This document shows, piece after piece, positions 44,602-52,925 of a stretch of 64,000 bases of DNA (position 1 is the stretch's first letter; each line of letters starts with the position of its first letter). The notes below the pieces were generated by a model. It made no database searches and was not told where the DNA came from. It saw nothing but the letters and a program-made list of their open reading frames with translations. Made by a program: the position numbers and the translations under genes. The DNA comes from Gemmatimonadales bacterium (GTDB lineage: Bacteria; Gemmatimonadota; Gemmatimonadetes; Gemmatimonadales; GWC2-71-9): assembly GCA_041613315.1 (NCBI GenBank), contig JBFJHJ010000015.1, forward strand, positions 1,050 through 65,049, read 5' to 3'.

Positions 44602-46190
44602 ACCGGCACGGCGCGCGCCTTCCCCTTGAGCTGCAGGGGCTCGAGCGCCTCCACCTGCGGGGCGTGGACGAGCGCGCGGTAAAACGGGTCGGAGATCAAG
44701 ATCTCGCCCGGGCCGGCTTTGGAGCAGAGCCGGGCGGCGGTGTTCACCGCGTCGCCGATCACGGTGTACTCGAGCCGGCGGTCGCTCCCGATGTTCCCGG
44801 CGAAGACCTCACCGAAGTTGATGCCGATACCGATCTCCATCTGCTGGCGCCCGTCCTGGGCCCACTTGTGGTTGAGCCGCCCCAAGACCTCCTGCATCTC
44901 GATGGCGGCGCGCATTGCCCGGTCGGCGTCGTCGTTTCGGGTGAGGGGCGCCCCCCAGAGTGCCATGATCGCGTCGCCCATGAACTTGTCGAGCGTTCCC
45001 CCGTGCTCGAAGATGACCTCAACCATCTCCGTGAAGTATTCCGTCAGGAGCGTGGCGATGTCGTCCGGCGCCATCTCCTCCGACATCCCGGTGAAGTCCC
45101 GGATGTCGCTGAAGAAGATCACCACCGGTCGGCGGGTGCCGCCCAGCTGGATCTCCTCGGACTGGCTCACGATTTGGTCCGCCAGGTCGGGGGCGAAATA
45201 GCGTTGGAAGTTCGACCGCACCACCGCCTCGCGCTGCAACCGCTCGGCGAACTGGCTGTTCTCGATCGCCACGGCGGCGATGCCGGAGAAGGCGATGAGG
45301 AACTCGAGGTCCTCGTCGCTGAAGGAGTTGGTGGCGGTCAGGTTGTCGACGTAGAGGATCCCCAACACCTTCCCCCCGCTCCCCATGAGCGGCGTGCACA
45401 TGGCGCTGCGCACGCTCTGCATGACGATGGACTTCCCCTTGAAGCGCTCGTCCGCCGCCGCATTGTCGGTGAGGATCGCCAGCCGCTCCGTCACCGCCCG
45501 TCGTGCGATGGACTGGGGCACGTGACGGCTCCCGCCCTGATCGCCCAGACGGTTCTTGGAGATGCGCGGGATGAGTTCGTCGGACACCCCCTCGAGCATC
45601 AGTACCGACACCCGATCCACGTTCATGACGTGAAACGTGATGTCCACGATCTTCTCGAGAAGCCGATCCACCTCCTGCTGCTTGGAGAGTTCCTTGGAGA
45701 TGTCGAGCAGCAGCGAGAGCTTGGTGCTCCGCCGCTCGTCCACCGTCGCGCCGGCGACCTTGAGCTGCGACGGGCCGCTCGGTCGTCCGGCCACCTGCTC
45801 GAGACTGTCCGAGGTGTCGACCACGACCTGCCGCACGATCGTGGCTTCGGGAAGCTTGGCGGCGGCGGCGCTGGGGTCGATGGCCGGTCGGGTCGACGGC
45901 GGCGTTACCTCTACCACCTTGAACGCCACCTTGCCGAACGCGACGATGTCACCGTGCACCGCGGTCGTTTCGGTCACGCGGGTGCCGTTGACAAACGTGC
46001 CGTTGCTCGAGCCCAGATCCTTGACCTTCACGCCGCCGTCCGACAGCGTCAGTTCCGCGTGCCGGCGTGACACCGTCGGATCGTAGATGGGCACGTCACT
46101 CGTGACGGCGCGCCCCACGGTCAGCGATCGCGGCTTGGTGAGATCGACGGTCTGGTCGCCCGCCGTGTTGAGCAACTTGAATGCGCGCAC
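44583..46190 (-). CDS. FHA-GAF-adenylate/guanylate cyclase (class III) signalling protein
   Basis: FHA: SRRHAELTLSDGGVKVKDLGSSNGTFVNG. GAF region: around DRVSVLMLEG...ILYVDN. Cyclase: VIFFSDIRDFT...KFMGDAIMALWGAP...GNIGS...YTVIGDAVNTAARL. GTG start at 46190 after GAGGGG. Confidence 0.8.
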   Translation of the reverse strand: MRAFKLLNTAGDQTVDLTKPRSLTVGRAVTSDVPIYDPTVSRRHAELTLSDGGVKVKDLGSSNGTFVNGTRVTETTAVHGDIVAFGKVAFKVVEVTPPSTRPAIDPSAAAAKLPEATIVRQVVVDTSDSLEQVAGRPSGPSQLKVAGATVDERRSTKLSLLLDISKELSKQQEVDRLLEKIVDITFHVMNVDRVSVLMLEGVSDELIPRISKNRLGDQGGSRHVPQSIARRAVTERLAILTDNAAADERFKGKSIVMQSVRSAMCTPLMGSGGKVLGILYVDNLTATNSFSDEDLEFLIAFSGIAAVAIENSQFAERLQREAVVRSNFQRYFAPDLADQIVSQSEEIQLGGTRRPVVIFFSDIRDFTGMSEEMAPDDIATLLTEYFTEMVEVIFEHGGTLDKFMGDAIMALWGAPLTRNDDADRAMRAAIEMQEVLGRLNHKWAQDGRQQMEIGIGINFGEVFAGNIGSDRRLEYTVIGDAVNTAARLCSKAGPGEILISDPFYRALVHAPQVEALEPLQLKGKARAVPVYSVKR

Positions 46191-46210
46191 GAATCTGCCC
46201 CTCGCGGCCC

Positions 46211-46239
46211 AATATATCCCGGGCCGAAACCGTTGGCTA
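46211..46239 (-). promoter_or_regulatory. Candidate promoter TAGCCA-N17-TATATT for the FHA-cyclase gene
   Basis: On the minus strand, TATATT (46216-46211) lies 20 nt upstream of the GTG in a 46-nt intergenic gap. The -35-like TAGCCA overlaps the trpE stop. Each hexamer matches the consensus at only 4/6. Confidence 0.3.
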
Positions 46240-47778
46240 ATGCGCGGCGAGTGCGAGGGCGCGGAGCACGGCGCCCGCCTTGCTCTCGGTCTCCTCGAAC
46301 TCGCGCGCTGGCACACTGTCGGCAACGATCCCGGCGCCGGCCTGCACGAAGGCTCGCCCCCCCGTGAGCACCGCCGTCCGAATCGCGATCGCCGTGTCCA
46401 TGGCGGCGGCCCCCCATCCCAGGTAGCCCACGGCACCGGCGTAGGGGCCGCGTCGCGTGGGCTCGAGTGCGTCCAGCAGCTGCATCGCTCGTACCTTTGG
46501 CGCCCCCGAGACCGTCCCCGCCGGGAAGCATGCACGGAGCGCGTCCACCGCGTCGCACCCGTGCCGCAGCGTTCCGCGCACCTCGCTCACGATGTGCTGC
46601 ACGTGCGAGTACCGCTCGATCACCTTGTCGTCCGTCACCCTGACCGACCCGTACGTCGCGACGCGACCCACGTCATTCCGTCCCAGGTCCACCAGCATCG
46701 CGTGCTCCGCCAGTTCCTTCTCGTCTGCGAGGAGCTCCGCCGCGAGCCGCCGATCCTCCTCGGGGTCCGCGCCGCGAGGGCGGGTCCCGGCGATGGGCCG
46801 CACGGTGATCTCACCATCCTCGACGCGCACCAGCACCTCCGGCGAGCTGCCCGCGATGTCCAGTCCGTCCAGCGACAGATGATAGAGATACGGGGCGGGG
46901 TTGAGCGCCCGGAGCGCCCGGTACACGTCGAACGGGTCGGCGCGGCAGGCGACGTCCTGCCGGCGCGACAAGACGACCTGAAAAGCGTCGCCCGCCCGGA
47001 TGTGCTCCTTGAGGCGGGCCACGTCCCGCTCGAACGCGTCGCGGGGGTAGGGACTGTGCGTTGCGATCGGGCCGGCGCCGTCGAGCGCGATGGAGCGGAG
47101 CGGCGCCGGCGTGCGGAGCCGCTCCAGCAGGCCCTCGATCCGGTGCAGCGCCCGCTCGTACTCGCCGGTGAGCGCGGCGCGGCTCGCATCGGGTGACACG
47201 TGCGTGTTGGCGACGATCGCGGCGCGCGCGAACGCGTTGTCGAGAATCACCACGGTGTCGGCGATCATGAACAACGCGTCTGGACATCCCAGGTCATCCT
47301 GGGGTCCGCCCGGCAGGCGCTCGATCGCTCGGACCGCGTCGTAGCCGAGGTACCCCACGGCACCGCCGGTGAAGCGAGGCAGGCCCGGGACCGGCACGGC
47401 ACTGAGCCCGCGTACCCGCGCCCCGAGATGCGCGAGCGGGTCGGGTGCGGGGCCCGCCGGGCGCCATCCGGCGCCGGGGGTCCACTGCTCCGCGGCGCCG
47501 CCCCGGTAGCGCCAGGCCTCCCCCGGCTCGGTGCCGAGAAACGTATAGCGGGCCCAACGTTCGCCGCCCACCAGTGACTCGAGGAGGAACGCGAACGGCG
47601 GACGAGCCAGCGCGGCAAACGCCGTGACGGGCGTCAGGAGATCCTGGGAGAACTCGCGCACCACGGGCACGACGCCGCCCCCGCGGGCGAGCCGGGCGTA
47701 GGCGTCGAACGTGGTCGGGGCGGGCCTCACGCGGCTCGGGTCACCGCGGGGCGGCCACGAGGTACGTGCCGGTCGCAT
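46237..47778 (-). CDS. trpE: Anthranilate synthase component I
   Basis: LLESL..GERWARYTF N-domain and chorismate-binding C-terminus (GAVGYLGW...DTAIAIRT...GAGIVADS). The start may be slightly downstream, since it overlaps the upstream gene by 38 nt as listed. Confidence 0.9.
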   Translation of the reverse strand: MRPARTSWPPRGDPSRVRPAPTTFDAYARLARGGGVVPVVREFSQDLLTPVTAFAALARPPFAFLLESLVGGERWARYTFLGTEPGEAWRYRGGAAEQWTPGAGWRPAGPAPDPLAHLGARVRGLSAVPVPGLPRFTGGAVGYLGYDAVRAIERLPGGPQDDLGCPDALFMIADTVVILDNAFARAAIVANTHVSPDASRAALTGEYERALHRIEGLLERLRTPAPLRSIALDGAGPIATHSPYPRDAFERDVARLKEHIRAGDAFQVVLSRRQDVACRADPFDVYRALRALNPAPYLYHLSLDGLDIAGSSPEVLVRVEDGEITVRPIAGTRPRGADPEEDRRLAAELLADEKELAEHAMLVDLGRNDVGRVATYGSVRVTDDKVIERYSHVQHIVSEVRGTLRHGCDAVDALRACFPAGTVSGAPKVRAMQLLDALEPTRRGPYAGAVGYLGWGAAAMDTAIAIRTAVLTGGRAFVQAGAGIVADSVPAREFEETESKAGAVLRALALAAH

Positions 47779-48343
47779 CCACGGCGCCCGTGACCTGGTC
47801 GGGCGTGGCGGCGCCCGAGCCCGGCACGCGTTGCCAGAGGCCCGGCGTCACTTCCCGCCACAGCGCAAGCGCGGCCGCATAGCTCGACCGGGACGCATAG
47901 GTCGGTGAGCCATCGGCCACGCTGAGGTCGCCATACCGCGCGTACTCGAACGTCGCGGTGGGCGGCGCGCTTCGCACGAGCGCAAGTCCGGAGGGCGAAA
48001 GAGTGAGCCCGTAGACCCCCGCCGCGGGAGCGACCGTCACGCGCACGGAGTCGTTCGATCCCAGGGCCGCCCCGTCCAAACTCGCCAGCGCGCCCCGCGG
48101 GAACCGAATCAGCAGGTACAGCGGCGGGGCCGCTTCCTGATGGAGAAGCTGGCGCACGACGTCCCGCGAGTTCACGGCGAAGAAGCTGACGGCAGCCACG
48201 GGCGTCGCGGACGGCTGGAGCGGCAGGATGAGAAGCTCCTGGGTGGTGCGGGTGGCATCGTCCAGCATGAGGTCGGCGCACCCGGCCAGCGCGGCGGCGA
48301 ACGCGGTTGCCGCCGCCGCGAGTGGTCGTGATATTGCGCGCAC
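47741..48343 (-). CDS. Putative lipoprotein (hypothetical)
   Basis: GTG at 48343 gives VRAISRPLAAAATAFAAALAGC, a lipobox signal (LAGC). No recognisable domain follows. Confidence 0.5.
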   Translation of the reverse strand: MRAISRPLAAAATAFAAALAGCADLMLDDATRTTQELLILPLQPSATPVAAVSFFAVNSRDVVRQLLHQEAAPPLYLLIRFPRGALASLDGAALGSNDSVRVTVAPAAGVYGLTLSPSGLALVRSAPPTATFEYARYGDLSVADGSPTYASRSSYAAALALWREVTPGLWQRVPGSGAATPDQVTGAVDATGTYLVAAPR

Positions 48344-50389
48344 ATGTCTCCGAGGTTCGCGTTGGCCCTCCTCGTCCTGGCTTTCCGCCCGGACGTGCTC
48401 GCCGCGCAGCGCTGGAACGGTCCGGAGACGACTGCGCTCATTACGCGAGCGATCGCCCGTCGCGCCGAGTCGCAGGCCGATAGCGGTCTCGTGGACTACC
48501 GCGCCCGCGCGCATGGGTTCGTCTTCTTCCTGGGACAATTCGGTGAAGGGCTCGCTGAACCACCGCGGCTGATCAAGTCGGACGAGCTGGTGCTCGAAGT
48601 TTACTGGCAGGCGCCGGGGCGGAGCAAGCAAGAGATTGTGGGCTGGCGTGACCGCGTGGATCTCCCCACCGACATCCAGTACCACCGCGACCACCTGGGA
48701 ATCGTCCAGAACAACTTCAGCGACCGCATCCGCCTCGGACAGGGTGACGAGGTCCGAGACGTCCCGCACCCACTGTCAGGCTCCGGGCCCGCGCTCTACG
48801 ACTTCGCCCTGGTGGACTCGACCGCCCTCCGCTTCCCGGGCCGCGAGGTCCGGGTCTACGAGGTCCTGGTTCGGCCGAAGGACGCGCACGCGGCGCGGGT
48901 GGCGGGCCGGCTCTATCTCGATGTCGCGCACGCGGACCTCGTCATCTTCCGGTTCAACTTCACGCGGCCAGCGTACCTCGACGACACACTCGAGGACATT
49001 ACCGTCGTCCTCGAGAACGGCCTGTGGGAGGGTCGCTATTGGCTCCCACGCCGCCAGGAGATCGAGATCCGCCGCCGCACCGCGTGGCTCGACTTGCCGG
49101 CGCGAGGGATCATCCGTGGGCGCTGGGAGATCGGGCAGTACGTCTTCAACGAGCAGCTCCCGGACACGCTCTTCCGCGGGCCGGAGATCGTGGCCGCGCC
49201 CCGGGCGGTCCGGGAGGCGTTCGTGTGGAGCGCCTCGCTGGAAACGGCCGTGCGCGAGGTCGCCGGCCCGGTCATGACGTTCGACCTCGAGGCGGTCCGG
49301 GCGGCGAATGCCGACCTGGCCGGCGAGCGGGCCCTCTCGGGGCTCGCGGCGGCGCGTCCCGCGGTCGGTGCGATCTCGGACCTGCTGCACGTCAACCGCG
49401 TTGAGGGCCTGGCCCCCGGGGCGGGCTGGGTGCTGCGGCCCGGTGGCGTGCCGCTCGAAGTTCGGGCCTGGGCGTCATTCGGGGCGGCGGATCGCCGGGT
49501 CAAGGCGGCGCTCGACCTCCGGCTGGATCTGGGAGCGGTGACGCTCACCGTGAGCGGGATGCGCCGGATCCGGGATGTGGGCGACGAAAGAGTGATCGCC
49601 CCGATTGTGAACTCCGTCATGGCGCAGGAATTCGGCCGGGATTACGGTGATTACCTACTCCTTGAGTCGCTTCGGGGCTCGCTCAGCCGCGGGTTCGGTC
49701 CCCGGGGCGCCGTGAGCCTGTCCGCCGGCGTCGAACGGGCGACGTCGGTCCCCGTCGCCGCCACCCCCGCCCACGGGACCTTCCGGCCCAACCCGCTGCT
49801 GGGAGGTGAGACGTATCGGGTGGCGAGCCTCGTGATCGAGCGGAGACACGCGGCCCTGGCGGTCCTGGGCGGCGCGAGCGCCAGGGTGGCGGTTGAGACC
49901 GGGTTGGGGGACAGCACCGACTATGTGCGAGTCCTCGCGGCGTGGCGGGTGCATGTGGGGGCCGGCGCGACCGAGCTCGTGACGCGAGGCTGGGCTGGAT
50001 GGGGATCCCGAGACCTTCCGGCCGCGCGCTCCTTCGTCCTCGGAGGGCGGGGGACACTCGTGAGCGAGCCGTTTCGGGCCTGGGGTGGGCGCCGGGGGGT
50101 GTTCGGGGTTGTCGAGTGGCGAGTTCCGGCGCCGTTTCCGGCGATTCCCCTGGGGCCGTTCGCGTCCACCGGCCGACAGGTGGTGATCGCGCCGTTCGTG
50201 GCCGCCGGCTGGGCCGACGGGGCCATGAGCGGGCTCCCGTGGGTGCCGAGCGCCGGCGTGCGGCCCATGGTCGGGCTGGGTATCGAGTGGTTCCACAGCC
50301 TGCTCCGGGCCGACATCGGCGTGAGCCTGCGGGACCCTCGCGTCGGGCTGGTGGTGGACGTGCGGCGGGACCTCTGGGGGATTCTGTAG
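48344..50389 (+). CDS. Large secreted hypothetical protein, possibly an outer-membrane beta-barrel
   Basis: Signal peptide MSPRFALALLVLAFRPDVLAAQ. The C-terminal third has alternating Gly/aromatic beta-strand-like segments (GLGIEWFHSLLRADIGVSL). No family recognised by eye. Confidence 0.5.
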   Translation: MSPRFALALLVLAFRPDVLAAQRWNGPETTALITRAIARRAESQADSGLVDYRARAHGFVFFLGQFGEGLAEPPRLIKSDELVLEVYWQAPGRSKQEIVGWRDRVDLPTDIQYHRDHLGIVQNNFSDRIRLGQGDEVRDVPHPLSGSGPALYDFALVDSTALRFPGREVRVYEVLVRPKDAHAARVAGRLYLDVAHADLVIFRFNFTRPAYLDDTLEDITVVLENGLWEGRYWLPRRQEIEIRRRTAWLDLPARGIIRGRWEIGQYVFNEQLPDTLFRGPEIVAAPRAVREAFVWSASLETAVREVAGPVMTFDLEAVRAANADLAGERALSGLAAARPAVGAISDLLHVNRVEGLAPGAGWVLRPGGVPLEVRAWASFGAADRRVKAALDLRLDLGAVTLTVSGMRRIRDVGDERVIAPIVNSVMAQEFGRDYGDYLLLESLRGSLSRGFGPRGAVSLSAGVERATSVPVAATPAHGTFRPNPLLGGETYRVASLVIERRHAALAVLGGASARVAVETGLGDSTDYVRVLAAWRVHVGAGATELVTRGWAGWGSRDLPAARSFVLGGRGTLVSEPFRAWGGRRGVFGVVEWRVPAPFPAIPLGPFASTGRQVVIAPFVAAGWADGAMSGLPWVPSAGVRPMVGLGIEWFHSLLRADIGVSLRDPRVGLVVDVRRDLWGIL

Positions 50390-50516
50390 GCGGCGCGCGG
50401 GATTCGCATGTTTGGATTTGTGTGGTGGGGAGGGGCCGGATGGCGTTTTATGGCGGCCTCGGGACGGGTGCCCTAGCTTATACGGCTCGGTCGCAACCGG
50501 CGGCACGGGGGAGTCC

Positions 50517-52787
50517 ATGGCGGAAGCCGAAGGCACGCGGAAGTTCAACGACGACTGGCTCTTAGCTACGCTGGAGGAGCTGGTCGGTGCCGAGAAGATC
50601 GCCGAGCTCCTGGCGTCGGAGGGCGCGACCGACTCCCTGTGGGAAACGGCGGTGCGCTCGGGCGTGGTGTCTGACGCGGCGCTGCTCGCCAGCCTGTCCA
50701 CCCGGTTCCGCCTCAAGATCGCCGACGTGTCGGACAGCGATCTCGCGGCCCGCGAAATGGTGCCCGAGCAGGTGGCGCGCCGCTACCACGTCCTGCCGGT
50801 CCGGGTGACCGACTCCTTCCTGGAAATCGCCACGGCCAATCCGTTCGATCTCGATTGTGAGAAGACCCTGGCGTTCGCCACCGGTCGGGAGGTCCGGATC
50901 CTGCTGGCGAGCCCCGACAAGATCCGGGAGAAGATCGACGAGGTGTACCGTCCGGAGAGCGTGATCGAGAAGCTGTTGGGGGGGATGGAGGCGGACGCCC
51001 GAGTCGAGCAGTTGGAGACGGACGACGACCTCGACGACCTCGCCATCTCGGAGGAGGAGGCCTCCCAGCGGCCCGTGGTGAGGCTGGTCGACCTCATCGT
51101 ATCCGAGGGGATCCTGTCGCGGGCGAGCGACATCCATATCGAGCCCGAGGAGGGCGGCGTCGCGGTCCGCTACCGCATCGACGGCGTGCTTCGGCAGATC
51201 ATGCAGATTCCGCGGGCGGCGGGCGTGCCGCTGATCTCGCGCATCAAGATCATGTCGGGGCTCGACATCGCCGACCGGCTGCGGCCGCAGGACGGCCGCG
51301 CCCGGGTCGCCGTGAACGGCATGCCGGTGGACCTCCGGGTCTCGACGCTGCCCGCATCGCTGGGCGAGAAGGTCGTGATCCGGGTGTTGGACTCCTCCCG
51401 CACGGTGCTCTCGCTGGATTCGCTCGGGTTCAACGACGAAGAGTCTGCGGGGATTCGCAGTCTGCTGGAGAACCGGGACGGCGTCATCCTGGTGACGGGA
51501 CCCACCGGTTCCGGCAAGACGACGACGCTGTATTCGGCGATCCGGCACGTGCAGAGCGAGGGCGTCAACATCGTGACGGTCGAGGACCCGGTCGAGTACC
51601 GCCTCCAGGGAATCGTGCAGGTGCAGGTGCACGAGAAGGCCGGGCTCACGTTTGCCGCCGCGCTCAGGTCCATCTTGCGGCAGGACCCCGACGTGGTGCT
51701 GGTGGGTGAGATCCGCGACCGGGAGACGGCGCAGATCGCCGTGCAGGCCTCCCTCACGGGCCACCTGGTGCTCTCCACCCTGCATACCAACGACGCTCCG
51801 AACGCCGTGACGCGGCTCGTGGACATGGGCATGGAGTCGTTCAAGATCGCGAGCGCGCTGCGGGGAGTGGTGGCGCAACGGCTGATGCGGCGACTCTGCG
51901 GGACGTGCAAGGAAGTATGGGTGGAGAACATTCCGCCCAAGCTCCGCCGCTGGATTCCGGCGGATACGCCGCTCTATCGGGCACTGGGCTGTCCGGAATG
52001 CGCGATGACGGGCTACCGCGGGCGGTTCTCGATCGTCGAAGTGCTACGGGTGACCCCGGAGGTCGAGCGGTCGATCAACAACAACGAGACCGCCGACAAG
52101 ATCGCCGACGCGGCGCGCCGCAGCGGCATGAAGTCACTCTGGGAGAGCGGGCTCTCGCATGTTCTCTTGGGCGAGTCCACGGTGGATGAGCTGCTCCGGG
52201 TGGTCGACGTGCCGCAGGAGGACGAACTGCTCGCCTCGGCGCCGCCCAAGCGCGCGCGTGTCTCGGGGCCCCGGTCGCGGTTCCACAAGGTCGAGCCGGC
52301 GACCACGGGCGGAGACCGGGCAGCGGTCGGCGACCCGTTGAGTGGCGGATTCGAGCTGCTCGAGACGACCGCGCCCAAGCCGCACAAGACGCACGGCGTC
52401 AAGGTGTTGCTGGTGGACGACGAGGATCAGCTCCGCAAGGTCATGCGGGACCTGCTCGAGCGGGACGGGTACGTGATCTCGGAGGCGCGGGACGGCGTCG
52501 AGGCACTGGACCAGGTGGACCGGGTGGACCCGGACATCATCGTGCTCGACCTCAATCTCCCCGGCCTGGACGGCTACGGCGTCCTGTCGCACCTGCGCTC
52601 GAGACCCGCGACCGAGCACATCCCTGTCGTGGTGCTCACGGCGCGCGGTGACGAGGATAACGAGGTCCGGGTGTTCGAGCTGGGCGCCGACGATTTCCTC
52701 TCCAAGCCGTTCCGGTCGCGGGCGCTCGCCGCTCGACTGCAGGCCGTGCTCAATCGGACCCAAGGTCCCCTGATGCGAGACGTCTGA
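50517..52787 (+). CDS. GspE/PilB-family secretion ATPase with N-terminal T2SSE_N domain and C-terminal receiver (REC) domain
   Basis: ATG at 50517 after GGGGGAG. Walker A GPTGSGKTTT, Walker B VLVGEIRD, His box LTGHLVLSTLHTNDA, and a tetracysteine CGTC...CPEC. The REC domain (52398-52784) reads KVLLVDDED...IIVLDLNLPGLDG...SKP. Confidence 0.85.
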   Translation: MAEAEGTRKFNDDWLLATLEELVGAEKIAELLASEGATDSLWETAVRSGVVSDAALLASLSTRFRLKIADVSDSDLAAREMVPEQVARRYHVLPVRVTDSFLEIATANPFDLDCEKTLAFATGREVRILLASPDKIREKIDEVYRPESVIEKLLGGMEADARVEQLETDDDLDDLAISEEEASQRPVVRLVDLIVSEGILSRASDIHIEPEEGGVAVRYRIDGVLRQIMQIPRAAGVPLISRIKIMSGLDIADRLRPQDGRARVAVNGMPVDLRVSTLPASLGEKVVIRVLDSSRTVLSLDSLGFNDEESAGIRSLLENRDGVILVTGPTGSGKTTTLYSAIRHVQSEGVNIVTVEDPVEYRLQGIVQVQVHEKAGLTFAAALRSILRQDPDVVLVGEIRDRETAQIAVQASLTGHLVLSTLHTNDAPNAVTRLVDMGMESFKIASALRGVVAQRLMRRLCGTCKEVWVENIPPKLRRWIPADTPLYRALGCPECAMTGYRGRFSIVEVLRVTPEVERSINNNETADKIADAARRSGMKSLWESGLSHVLLGESTVDELLRVVDVPQEDELLASAPPKRARVSGPRSRFHKVEPATTGGDRAAVGDPLSGGFELLETTAPKPHKTHGVKVLLVDDEDQLRKVMRDLLERDGYVISEARDGVEALDQVDRVDPDIIVLDLNLPGLDGYGVLSHLRSRPATEHIPVVVLTARGDEDNEVRVFELGADDFLSKPFRSRALAARLQAVLNRTQGPLMRDV

Positions 52788-52925
52788 CGGTGTGGCGCCC
52801 GGCGCTGAAGCGCCGGCGCGGCCGTCGACAGCGCCCTGACGGGCGCACGCATTCCCGTTCCTTACGATAGGCCTCTCGGAGAGCCCCGGGGCGTGAGCCG
52901 CGGGTCGGCGAGGCATCCGCCGCGG

